A DNA stretch of 64,000 nucleotides, from NCBI GenBank assembly GCA_002269645.1, contig NIVC01004022.1, positions 1 to 64,000 of the forward strand. The letters run 5' to 3'. Shown in pieces: positions 1 through 11,000 of the stretch; within the stretch, counting starts at the first letter, position 1, and every line of letters begins with the position of its first letter. Source of the DNA: Macrostomum lignano. Taxonomy: Eukaryota. The notes beneath the pieces were generated by a model. The model did not search any database, had not been told where the DNA came from, and worked only from the letters and a program-made list of their open reading frames with translations. Position numbers and translations under genes: made by a program.

Positions 1-369
1 CAGACTGTCTGGGTCTTGAGGCGGATTGACCTCTGACAGTCTAGACAGGCGACACAAGTCTGGGAGGAATGTTTTTAATCTCATTCTGACCCCTGATTTG
101 TTACTTTTTCACTATTTTTAGTGATTTATGACGTTCTAGCTGTCACTTTTGGCTCCAGCCTGTCTGGGTCAAAGAGGTCTTTCCAGCTTTCTCCTCACTC
201 GCTCTGTTACCTTCTCCTTTGATTTATGGGCGTTTGCAGTCACTTTTGGCGCCAGGATGTCTAGCCAAGTGACTTTTATTATGCTTTGCACATGATTTAT
301 TTGACCGCACCTGTCAACTTCCTCTGGGTCTAAAGGCCACCTGGTGGGGTGGTTTTGGGGTCTTGAAGC

Positions 370-505
370 TCAGCCAATCAGAGACGACCTGACTGCCCCG
401 GCTCGACCAATCGGAAAATTCGGCGCCTATTTTAACAAAGCTCTCAGCCAATCAGAAAATTCGGCGCGCGTTATAACAAATCGGCCGCATGAGAGCTATA
501 GAAGG
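370..505 (+). promoter_or_regulatory. Pol II promoter-like cluster (three CCAAT boxes) in module copy A
   Basis: CCAAT at ~374, ~407 and ~448. The homologous region of copy B has two CCAAT boxes followed by TATTTAAA. Function is inferred from motifs only. Confidence 0.35.
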
Positions 506-1537
506 CGGCAAATCGACCCGCGCTCGAAAAGGCCTGCTTGGACCTCCCTTCTTGCACGGTCCTAACCCGTCTTAGACGGCCCTTTCGGCATCTGCTGCGT
601 TTCTTCGACGTCTGGTCCCCCTTCCCCCGGCAGTTTCGGCTTCAGCTGCTAAGCTCCCCTTTGTGAGGCATCACCAGTTCCCGGCCGTGAACAAAGAGCT
701 GCAACAGCAACCGGAAAGTGAAGAGTAACGGCGGCACTCGTCAGTTAAGATCAGCAGCAGCATCCCATCCGAGCGTTTTGGTCTCTGCGGATCCCTTGGC
801 TACCGGCAGTTAGGTCCTCTGATTGGTTTGGTGAGAGGCTATCTTAACCTGCTAAACTAGGTGTGCCCTTTGTCTGACCCCTTCCTAGGTAGTCTGATAG
901 GATTTGCACTTTTGCTTGCTTGCTTTTTGTGTGTCAAACTCGAGGCAAAAGTTTCATTATAATACTAAAAGTAGCCATTTGCTCTGACTCAATCTAAGGT
1001 GTTTAGGATTGCGGATTAAGTGAGAAAGTTAAATCTGGAAGTTAAAGACTTGGCGTTTTCTTTCTTTTTCGCAGTTCCAGCTGAGATGAGTGGCTAGATC
1101 TAGAGGCAGAGGTCACAGTGGACCGGAAGCGGCACAGTTCTCAGTCAATCAGTCGATCTCGGAAATCACGATAAGAATGCAAATTAAGTGCCAGACTGGC
1201 ACTTTCGTGCAGTCTCAGGCAGCTAAGCGGCTAAACAAAGTTAAATATTAGTCTAACGGTCTTCAAAAGTAACAATGCATCTACATCAACGCAATCTGTC
1301 GACGTGTTAACACATTTAGTGCCAAAAGCGTGCAGTTACGTGTATTTGTACATGTACTTCTGGGAATTTGGTAATGAAATAGTACATTTAGTAGTGTATA
1401 AAGGCTCGCCAGCGCAAGAACCCCCTGCAAAAGTCCTCTCTGTCCCTGCATGGCCAATGCGATCTTAGTCCCAGCAGCGTCCCTTCTATTCGGCTATGAC
1501 TTCGAGATTTAGACAGCTAAAAGACACTAGATGGCAG

Positions 1538-1697
1538 GTAAGTGCAGTGCCCCTCTGAAGTCGGAAGTCCGATTTCGATAGCTCCGGTTTGGTGAGCCGG
1601 GGCGCACGGACTGGTGGCAGCGGGTTAGTTAATCTGCAGATTAGCTAATCTCTACCTTTCAAATTCTCCCTGCTTGTCTCTCGCTGTCTTCTCCTAG
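1538..1697 (+). other. Putative 160-nt spliceosomal intron in module copy A
   Basis: CAG|GTAAGT donor at 1538, CTAAT branch-like motif at ~1645, polypyrimidine tract and CTAG| acceptor ending at 1697. Copy B has the same signals and the same length. Confidence 0.5.
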
Positions 1698-1925
1698 CTA
1701 TAGGACCTTGTTGCTCGCCCACAATCTAGCTACCATGGGGCTGACCATCTGACGGGAGTGAGAGGCCAGAGCTTTAGGTGATTCATTTCTGAGTTCTGAG
1801 GCCCGAAGCTATAGGCTTAAAAAGGCCGAACCCATCAATGGCGCGGGGGTTGTAGCGGTGGATCCCAGGAGGGATGATGAAGTTAACGGAGTTGAAGAGC
1901 AAGCTAGGTGCAGAGCTGATGAAGA

Positions 1926-3150
1926 TCACTGCGGGTGTTTCTTTCTAGCAGGTCTGGCCGATTTGAAAGGTGGCATGGCACGACTGATCGTGGTCCTGCA
2001 TGCAGTGCAGAGCCAGAACTGAGCGGCCTGCAGGAGCTCCCAGTGCTGTTTAACTGGAAAGGCCAAGAGGCATTCCTGGTGCATGCAAGATTGGCAGCCG
2101 GTAATGACACGAAGACTCAAAATGCCGCTAAGAAAAGTTAGTGTCGGACCTGTCAATGGCCTTGTAGTGGTGGCCAGCAGAGTTTCCTTATCTTGGCCCC
2201 ACGAGCTGCCATGAGAGAGCCTTGAGGACGCTGTTGCTGGCTCGGATTGTGTTGGCCGCATGCTTATGGAATTTTAGCTCGTAGCAGCGGTCGAAGACAA
2301 TGGCCAAAATTATCGGATTGGTGACGTACGGGATGGCGCTGCCAAGAAAAAAAGAGGCAAAGCTTGGCGGAACTCGTGAGTCGTCGAGGTAAAAACAGTG
2401 GCGGGGTCGATTTGCCTGCGACAGCTGCAGGTGTTTGTTGCCCGGATATAAGCAGGGCATGTCCAGCTCAGGTACAGTAGGGCTGTAAAAGCAATGGAAA
2501 TGCTGGTTATGACGGATGAGCGCGCGAAGATGGTAATGTCGTCCGCGTACTGGATGAGCTTGACCAGAGGCGGAGGAGGGAGGTCAGGTCAGACAGGTAG
2601 AACGCGAAAAGAAGCGGAGAGATGACGCCTCCCTGTGGAACTCCGGCACGAAGCAGGCGAGCGTTGGAAAGCGCGCCACGGAATTCAACCCCGGTGTGGC
2701 GCCCTCTGAGGTAGCCATGCAGCCAGTGGACGTCAGAGTGCGAGGAAGGCTACTATAGCCACCTGCAGCTTCGGACCCGGTCGAAAGCTTTTTGAAGATC
2801 GAGTGCTACCGGAGACTGCGTTTGGTGGGTTTACGGCAGTTTTGCCCGTTGCTGATGAACTGAACCAGATTATGATTGGAGCAGTGGTGGAGTGCCTTGG
2901 TCTAAGCGATGCTGCCAGTCTGGAAAGAGAGCGATGATTGAAGACGAGGAAGAAGGACTTTCTCTAAAATTTTGATCACCGGAGAAAGAATGGAGACCGA
3001 ATGATAGAAGTTGCCAAGGCGGGGTCTTTAATTGCCAGCCTTGGGAAGATCGAGAGGCATAACTTCGGCCGGCGTCCATGAATTATACTTGTAGAAGGTG
3101 AAATGCAGGAGATAATTTCGTCAGATTAAAAAAAGGCATCGCCGACTTCC
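1926..3150 (-). pseudogene. Degraded non-LTR (LINE) retrotransposon reverse transcriptase fragment
   Basis: Manual minus-strand translation across frameshifts and stops gives SWTPAEVMPLDLPK, SILSPVIKILEK, VALDLQKAFDRV (~2775-2810), YLRGR...AGVPQGGVISPLLFAFYLSDL (~2600-2690) and QYADDITI (~2530-2552), then LAIVFDR..FHKH, VLKAL, DKETLL and RVITGC. These are canonical LINE RT and thumb motifs. Clade not assigned; ends approximate. Confidence 0.9.
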
Positions 3151-3357
3151 TCAATTGGGCCTCTTTACTTGATGGAGACAAGGGAGACTGCATGTACGTC
3201 GTTCCCCGTCCTTCTACATGTATAACTTGACGAGGCCTAGTCGACCCTGGAGCCGTCTGTGGAAGTTTAATTGGTGTTAAAAAATCTAGCTTATATATAG
3301 TTATGTACGAGTACGTTGAACTATAAGTGCGCACCGGCCTTCCAGGCCTCTGTCACT

Positions 3358-3435
3358 TATTCTACCGGCCTGCAATCACTTTTCGCAACTTGATTTGGCC
3401 CACGCGTTGCCTCACGGCACAGCCAAGAAGCCCTG
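3358..3435 (+). repeat. ~80-bp dispersed repeat, direct copy at 6314-6398
   Basis: TTCTACCGGCCTGCAATCACTT.TCGCAACTTGATTT..GGCCCACGCGTTGCCTCAC.GCACAGCCAA..GAAGCC is present at both sites with small indels. Confidence 0.85.
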
Positions 3436-3546
3436 TTGCATTTTTTATTGGTCTTGAGGTAAGGTAGCACGCTTTAGAAGGCAAAGGAAAATAAAAGGCA
3501 AAGGAAAATAAAAGTGAAAATCAACATAGATTAAATTAACTTCTTT

Positions 3547-3585
3547 CGACGCGTTTCGGTCCAACAAGGGCCATCTTTCAGGGTC
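3547..3585 (-). ncRNA. Degenerate minimal type I hammerhead ribozyme motif of the Penelope-like element type
   Basis: Minus strand reads CC-CUGAAAGA-UGGCCCUUGUUGGACC-GAAA-CGCG-UC-G. It has the core GAAA, a palindromic CGCG mini stem III and a UC cleavage site, and lies ~180 nt downstream of a GIY-YIG ORF. It deviates by one extra A in CUGANGA, a stem II mismatch and a weak stem I. Confidence 0.5.
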
Positions 3586-3768
3586 TGATGTATTTTTTAC
3601 TCACACAACAGCTTTTATAAGAGATAAAAAGAACAAACGTTTACTGTACAGTCCAAAGTGCGTATCAGGGTCAGAGTTTTTCAAAAGTAAATGAGCAAAG
3701 ATTATGAGTACACTGATCATGAACTAGTGCCTTCACTTTGAACACCTTGAGCAAATGGCCCGCAACCA

Positions 3769-4047
3769 CTATTGGGAAAGCTGAATATTGAGACTTGGTT
3801 TTTGGTTTTTAATGTACATGGATTCGAGTATATTGAGCCTAAAGTCAGTCCTAGACCGATCAGTAATTTTGAACTGCTGAGTTTGCTCAATTTCGCAACA
3901 GCTGTTGCAACAGAGCAGGTGGTCTTGGATAGCCGACCTTTTCAACCAATGCTCCGCAACTCTGGTGTACAAGTGCCTTTTAGTTTTACCTACATAGGAA
4001 ATGTTCTGGTCAACAGAATAAGAGAACTCGTACACAACACCTGCCAC
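3769..4047 (-). pseudogene. GIY-YIG endonuclease fragment of a Penelope-like retroelement
   Basis: VVYEF..S.D...SYVGKTKRHL.TRVAEH...SAIQDHL..C..C...F.I.D...L.ILESMYIK..KPSLN matches the PLE GIY-YIG pattern. No ATG start, an in-frame stop lies ~15 codons upstream, and no adjoining PLE RT is present. Confidence 0.85.
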
Positions 4048-4104
4048 AAGAGCAAGAGGATCACATGAGATTTCAGTAAATCTCAGTTTGGATTAGAGAT
4101 GAAT

Positions 4105-5622
4105 CTTTTGATTGATGGGTTTCGACCTTCGGGCTCCTTGTTAGGGAAGCCTTCGGGCCTCAGGCTCAGAAATAAATCAATTAGAGACCTGGCCCCCCAC
4201 TCCTGTCAGATGGTCAGCCCCATGGTAGCTTGATCGTGTGGCGAGCAGTCTAGGTCCTATAGCTAAGAGAGGGACAGCGAGAGACGAGCAGGGAGAATTT
4301 TAAAAGTAGAAATTAGCTAATCCGCAGATCAACTAACTTGCTGCCACCAGCCCGTGCGCCCTGGCTCACCACACCGGGACTCTCGAAATCGGGCTTCCGG
4401 CTAGAAGGGGCTTTGCACTTACCTGCCAACTAGTGTCTTTTTGCTGTCAATCTCGAAGTCATAGCCGATGATAAGGGACACTGCTGGGACTAGATCGCAT
4501 TGGCCATGCAGGTACAGAGGGGACTTGTGCAGGGGATTCTTGCGGTGGCGAGTCTATGGGGTAGCTGCATGTACTATTACATTCATATTACATATTACAT
4601 ATTACATATTACATTACACTATTACATTGCTAAATACGAAGATATGTACTTTTGGCCTTCAACGCGCCAACTAGCCTCTCATAGCGCTGATGATAGACTA
4701 ACTCGAACTTCAGAGACCGCATGATTCATTTACCCGAGCCGCTTGGCTACCCTAGAGTGCACAAAGTACATCTCTGGCGCCGATTCTGCACTTCTGGCAG
4801 TTTTGCTCACTGATTTGATAGATTGGTCGACTGAGAACTGCCTTGCCATTGGTCCACTGTGACCGGCGCCTACTAGCTTAGCTACTCATCTGAGCCATCG
4901 GCGAATAAAGAAATAAAACCGATAAAAATAACTGTTAGATTTAACCTTCTCCTTAGTTCACTTCACACTTCAGATTGAATTGGAGTTTAAGACTACTAGC
5001 AGTATTATTGAATGACTTCTGCCTCAGCAACAGCACTACTGAACAAAATGAGCAAAAGTGTGCGCCTAATTCAGCTACTGCAACAGGGGACAGATAAGGG
5101 ATCACCCAATCAAGCAAGTCTAGGTAGCCTCTCACCCAACCAATCAGAAACTCAACAGCCGGAGACCAGGTAATCCACAGTGACCGAATCGGCTCGATGC
5201 TTCGCAGCTGTAGACTCGGGATGATGCTGTCACAATCTTCGCTGTTAGCTAGCAGGTGATGCTCTTTACTTGATGTTCGCTGCTGATGACCGGGGGACTC
5301 GTCCTTGATGATGATGGGGGGAGGTCGCAATCCGGGGATCAAGAAACGACGGTCAGTTCCGGGCCGGTGGAGTAAGAACCAGGCCAGAGTCGGAACAGGT
5401 TGAAGTCCGAGCGGGCCAAAAACACCGGTTTAAATAGCCGCCAACTGGACCGCAGTTTGTTATAATGGAACACGTCGATTCTGATTGGCTGAGCCGTTTT
5501 GTTAAAATGAGCGCCGAATTTTCTGATTGGCTAAGCTTGTTGCTACCCAGAATCACGTGACCGAGAGATCCTATCAGTTCCCACAGGGTCGTAAAAAGAT
5601 GACAGGTGCGGCCATAAATCAC
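4105..5622 (-). repeat. Copy B of the ~1.5-kb module, directly upstream of the GIY-YIG fragment on the minus strand
   Basis: Reverse-complement homology to 290-1838. CCAAT at 5526-5530 and 5484-5488 and TATTTAAA at 5429-5436 (minus strand); putative intron 4422 to 4263. Confidence 0.8.
4575..4628. repeat. Short imperfect (ATTACAT)n simple repeat
   Basis: ATTACAT/TTACA units repeated in tandem. Confidence 0.7.
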
Positions 5623-6313
5623 TCAAAATCGCAACAAAATGATTTATGACTTTTCGCGTAGGATTGACGGAAATTAATGAAAAAATATACATTAGAAAGC
5701 TCTTATTAAATAGAAAGTGAAGATAATGAAGAGAAATCGCTAATCGCTAATCCCAAAGTACTTTTAGGGGTAAAACGCATAGCTGTCAAAGCTGTCACAC
5801 GCTTGAGTGAACCCGAACAATAGGCTCTGATGAGAAATGATGAGAAAAAAGCTACCGCCCGCATCCTCTCAGACCATGCATCTGGCGCCCGCCTCAACAC
5901 TGAGTGAGGCGCAGGTGGCTGTCAGACCAGCTTCGAAAGCGATGATTTATGACCCAAAAAGCTGCGCCTATGTTATTATGACTACTAGTATGACCAGACA
6001 TTATATCTAGTATACATTTTATGAAAATTCGCAGAAAAAGGATAAAAATGCCCACTGCCCACTTTTAGTAGGCAAGAACGTTCAGAGCCCATGTGCTAGC
6101 GCGGGATTTGGGAAAAAGTGCGTCCTCATTATGATTTCACTGCTAATGACATTCCTGGGAAATAAATTGATTCATTCTGATCAGAATTTCGGTGAGATTG
6201 TTAACTTCAATGTTGAAATTGGTCCAGAGCTGCAAACCGTGTAGGCCCTGTGCAACAAACAACGAATCAGGCCAACTTTCCACTGTCTCGCTTGATTCTT
6301 TGAATGTAATTAA

Positions 6314-6490
6314 TTCTACCGGCCTGCAATCACTTCTCGCAACTTGATTTAATTTGGCCCACGCGTTGCCTCACAGCACAGCCAATTCAAGAAGCCATGC
6401 GCACACAAAGCTGTTGTTGAGAAGCGGGAGTGTGGCTGTGAATTAATTCCTTGTTGGACCGAAACGCGTCGAAAGAAGTTAATTTAATTG
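6314..6490 (+). repeat. Composite fragment: direct copy of 3358-3435 plus inverted copy of 3529-3568 (3' half of the hammerhead motif)
   Basis: CCTTGTTGGACCGAAACGCGTCGAAAGAAGTTAATTTAAT at ~6449-6488 is the reverse complement of ~3529-3568. The CUGA half of the motif is absent here. Confidence 0.75.
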
Positions 6491-8019
6491 ATTTTCACAA
6501 TTCCTTTGGTCTGGCAGAACAGATTTGGCCGGTTCATTGCATGATTGTCGCAGGGGATGTAAAGGGTTGATAGCCTTCATACAAAGTCAACCTGATCAAC
6601 TGGACTACAGGGCGCTCGATCGTACATGTATGTTTAGTTTAGTAATTTTTAGTATAATTTTTAGTATATAAGCTTACTCCGACAATGGGATTTCTTAACG
6701 GATATTACGCTTTATCTGAAAAATTTACAGTAGTTCACACAAGTCCGAAGCAAGCCTTTGATGAATATGTAATTTAGCTTAAAACAAGAAGTTGTTTAAA
6801 AAAACATTTTTTCGATTCCTGTCCATGAAATTTACCATGATTCCTGAGCGAAATTCCGTACCATATAGATGCTCCCGACGCCTGACAGACATATCGACGT
6901 GTCGTGTGATGAACGATTGCAATTTACATAACCTGTAAATGTAGTTATTAACAGCTCGTACATGCATTACAAATATTTGTATTAAGGTTGAGCTTAAGCA
7001 GATTCAGCATGATTTTATTGATTTTTAACCTTAAATTTTAAGGCTTATTTTGTTGTACACAGTTGATACAATTTTATCGAATTTTAAAATGGCGCAGTAA
7101 AATTATATATTTATAAAATTAAATCAATCATCGTCATCAATTGCTAGCTAGCGATAGCCGATAGTGCATGACTAGAGTGATAATTTTGTGTCTAGCGCAG
7201 AAAATTTCAATTCAGATTAAATATTGTATTGTATTAACTGTTGCAATTGAAAATTGCAAAAAGAATGTTAGACCTAATTGGAATAATCTGAGAGTGAGAC
7301 TGAGTCCGAGTCGCGTCTTATAAGTTATATAGTATTATATTTATTTAAGAAATTAAAACTAGGCCTAAATTGCTTTATTTAAATCAATGCCACTGATTTC
7401 ATTTTAGTAGGGACTACTTGTCTTAGGCCTAAGTAAGATTTTGATTTAATTTTAAAAGTTAGGCCTCTAGAGGCTAGGCCCTATTTTTAGTAGGCCTAGG
7501 CCCTTTTTAATAGGCTTTATAAAGCATTTATCAAAATCTTGCTTGAGAGAGACAAATAAAAAAACTTCAAACACATTGTTTTTTCAAATTAGTAAACTTA
7601 AAAGTTATTTACAAACTTTTTTTACATTTTTAACACTACATTTATAGACGTCTATACTCCCAGTACCAGAACCAGTACCAGAAGCAGTACCAAAAAATAA
7701 AATACAAAATACAAGTAAAAAACGAAAATGTCTAAAATAGTACAAAATCAACTCTAGCAATTATTATAACCGTTACCACAGCGTTCAACATATTTCGTTT
7801 TAGCGAATTACATTACAGCATAACTTAATGCCTATTAAAATGCTTATTTGAAAACGAAAAGTAAAACACCGAAATTTAACATTCTAGCTAAAAAACCTTA
7901 AAACAAATACATATAAAACTAAAAAACCTATCAACAATTGTTGGTGATGCCATAGATACAATATAAATATACCAACAAACTGTACATGTAATATGTTCAA
8001 TTCCTGTAATTTTTCACCA

Positions 8020-11000
8020 AAATTACTTTAGTGTACTTCGGCAGGAACCATTGTGAGTACGAAGCTGAAAACTGAGATCTGGAAGGAAACATTATCAATC
8101 TAGAAGCCTGCAAGACGCCAACGCTCCATCTGTTCCCTACTCGAACTTACAGACTCCCAAGTCCCCCCTGCTCAGTACATTAATATGCAGAAAGTACTTT
8201 AGTGTACTTCGACAGGAACCATTGTGAGTACGAAGCTGAAAACTGAGATCTGGAAGGAAACATTATCAATCTAGAAGCCTACAAGACGCCAAGGCTCCAT
8301 CTGTTCCCTACTCGAACTTACAGACTCCCAAGTCCCCCCTGCTCAGTACACTCAGCTGCAGAAAGTACTTTGGTGTACTTCGGCAGGAACCATTGTGAGT
8401 ACGAAGCTGAAAACTGAGATCTGGAAGGAAACATTATCAATCTAGAAGCCTACAAGACGCCAAGGCTCCATCTGTTCCCTACTCGAACTTACAGACTCCC
8501 AAGTCGCCCCTGCTCGGTACAATAATATGCAGAAAGTACTTTAGTGTACTTCGACAGGAACCATTGTGAGTACGAAGCTGAAAACTGAGATCTGGAAGGA
8601 AACATTATCAATCTAGAAGCCTACAAGACGCCAAGGCTCCATCTGTTCCCTACTCGAACTTACAGACTCCCAAGTCCCCCCTGCTCAGTACACTCAGCTG
8701 CAGAAAGTACTTTGGTGTACTTCGGCAGGAACCATTGTAAATACGAAGCTGAAAACTGAGATCTGGAAGGAAACATTATCAATCTAGAAGCCTGAGAGAC
8801 GCCAAGGCTCCATCTGTTCCCTACTCGAACTTACAGACTCCCAAGTCCCCCCTGCTCAGTACACTCAGCTGCAGAAAGTACTTTAGTGTACTTCGACAGG
8901 AACCATTGTAGTACGAAGCTGAAAACTGAGATCTGGAAGGAAACATTATCAATCTAGAAGCCTGAGAGACGCCAAGGCTCCATCTGTTCCCTACTCGAAC
9001 TTACAGACTCCCAAGTCCCCCTGCTCAGTACATTAATATGCAGAAAGTACTTTAGTGTACTTCGACAGGAACCATTGTGAGTACGAAGCTGAAAACTGAG
9101 ATCTGGAAGGAAACATTATCAATCTAGAAGCCTGCAAGACGCCAAGGCTCCATCTGTTCCCTACTCGAACTTACAGACTCCCAAGTCCCCCCTGCTCGGT
9201 ACAATAATATGCAGAAAGTACTTTAGTGTACTTCGACAGGAACCATTGTGAGTACGAAGCTGAAAACTGAGATCTGGAAGGAAACATTATCAATCTAGAA
9301 GCCTGAGAGACGCCAAGGCTCCATCTGTTCCCTACTCGAACTTACAGACTCCCAAGTCCCCCCGCTCAGTACATTAATATGCAGAAAGTACTTTAGTGTA
9401 CTTCGCAGGAACCATTGTGAGTACGAAGCTGAAAACTGAGATCTGGAAGGAAACATTATCAATCTAGAAGCCTACAAGACGCCAAGGCTCCATCTGTTCC
9501 CTACTCGAACTTACAGACTCCCAAGTCCCCCCTGCTCAGTACATTAATATGCAGAAAGTACTTTAGTGTACTTCGACAGGAACCATTGTGAGTACGAAGC
9601 TGAAAACTGAGATCTGGAAGGAAACATTATCAATCTAGAAGCCTACAAGACGCCAAGGCTCCATCTGTTCCCTACTCGAACTTACAGACTCCCAAGTCCC
9701 CCCTGCTCAGTACACTCAGCTGCAGAAAGTACTTTAGTGTACTTCGACAGGAACCATTGTGAGTACGAAGCTGAAAACTGAGATCTGGAAGGAAACATTA
9801 TCAATCTAGAAGCCTACAAGACGCCAAGGCTCCATCTGTTCCCTACTCGAACTTACAGACTCCCAAGTCCCCCTGCTCAGTACATTAATATGCAGAAAGT
9901 ACTTTAGTGTACTTCGACAGGAACCATTGTGAGTACGAAGCTGAAAACTGAGATCTGGAAGGAAACATTATCAATCTAGAAGCCTACAAGACGCCAAGGC
10001 TCCATCTGTTCCCTACTCGAACTTACAGACTCCCAAGTCCCCCTGCTCAGTACATCAGCTGCAGAAAGTACTTTAGTGTACTTCGACAGGAACCATTGTG
10101 AGTACGAAGCTGAAAACTGAGATCTGGAAGGAAACATTATCAATCTAGAAGCCTACAAGACGCCAAGGCTCCATCTGTTCCCTACTCGAACTTACAGACT
10201 CCCAAGTCCCCCCTGCTCAGTACATCAGCTGCAGAAAGTACTTTAGTGTACTTCGACAGGAACCATTGTGAGTACGAAGCTGAAAACTGAGATCTGGAAG
10301 GAAACATTATCAATCTAGAAGCCTACAAGACGCCAAGGCTCCATCTGTTCCCTACTCGAACTTACAGACTCCCAAGTCCCCCCGCTCAGTACATTAATAT
10401 GCAGAAAGTACTTTAGTGTACTTCGACAGGAACCATTGTGAGTACGAAGCTGAAAACTGAGATCTGGAAGGAAACATTATCAATCTAGAAGCCTACAAGA
10501 CGCCAAGGCTCCATCTGTTCCCTACTCGAACTTACAGACTCCCAAGTCCCCCCTGCTCAGTACATTAATATGCAGAAAGTACTTTAGTGTACTTCGACAG
10601 GAACCATTGTGAGTACGAAGCTGAAAACTGAGATCTGGAAGGAAACATTATCAATCTAGAAGCCTACAAGACGCCAAGGCTCCATCTGTTCCCTACTCGA
10701 ACTTACAGACTCCCAAGTCCCCCCTGCTCAGTACATCAATGCAGAAAGTACTTTAGTGTACTTCGACAGGAACCATTGTGAGTACGAAGCTGAAAACTGA
10801 GATCTGGAAGGAAACATTATCAATCTAGAAGCCTACAAGACGCCAAGGCTCCATCTGTTCCCTACTCGAACTTACAGACTCCCAAGTCCCCCTGCTCAGT
10901 ACATTAATATGCAGAAAGTACTTTAGTGTACTTCGACAGGAACCATTGTGAGTACGAAGCTGAAAACTGAGATCTGGAAGGAAACATTATCAATCTAGAA

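Larger units (their letters stand above)
290..1838 (+). repeat. Copy A of a ~1.5-kb non-coding interspersed module, inverted homologue of 4105-5622
   Basis: Collinear reverse-complement matches seen by eye: 293-320 vs 5600-5625, 400-470 vs 5480-5540, 760-880 vs 5090-5220, 1080-1190 vs 4790-4895, 1400-1760 vs 4190-4560 (best conserved) and 1780-1838 vs 4105-4175. Both copies end at CCCATCAAT. No long ORF. Confidence 0.8.

Noticed and set aside
4105-4170. Second hammerhead (CUGA-GGCC...GGUC-GAAA) at the module end, also at ~1790-1835
   Set aside because: Both copies lack the NGA of the core and stem III cannot pair.
4415-4430. U1 snRNA-like start (ACTTACCTG)
   Set aside because: It is only the complement of the splice donor; downstream sequence does not resemble U1.
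6779-6967. 62-aa ORF, and other short track ORFs at 344, 1904, 1935, 3772, 4468, 4500, 4953, 5353, 5706, 35460, 36304, 36413, 37048, 37105, 37743-38221, 38407, 39094, 39192 and 39705
   Set aside because: No recognisable motifs; most are antisense or alternative frames of TE genes or lie in non-coding repeats.
8030-8060. Alpha satellite or CENP-B box because of the 171-bp period and CTTCG motif
   Set aside because: Only the TTCG part and at most two other core positions match; the CGGG half is absent and the monomer is unlike alpha satellite.
8055-8155. Each monomer as a tandem exon/intron unit (GTGAGT donor, TTACAG acceptor, 100-nt intron)
   Set aside because: The remaining exon would be 70-71 nt with variable indels, so no frame is kept; the motifs are expected by chance.
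8020-8200. Ribozyme-encoding satellite (hammerhead or twister retrozyme)
   Set aside because: No CUGANGA on either strand of the monomer; ACUCCCAAGUC only loosely resembles the twister loop and lacks the rest of the fold by eye. An Infernal search would be the decisive test.
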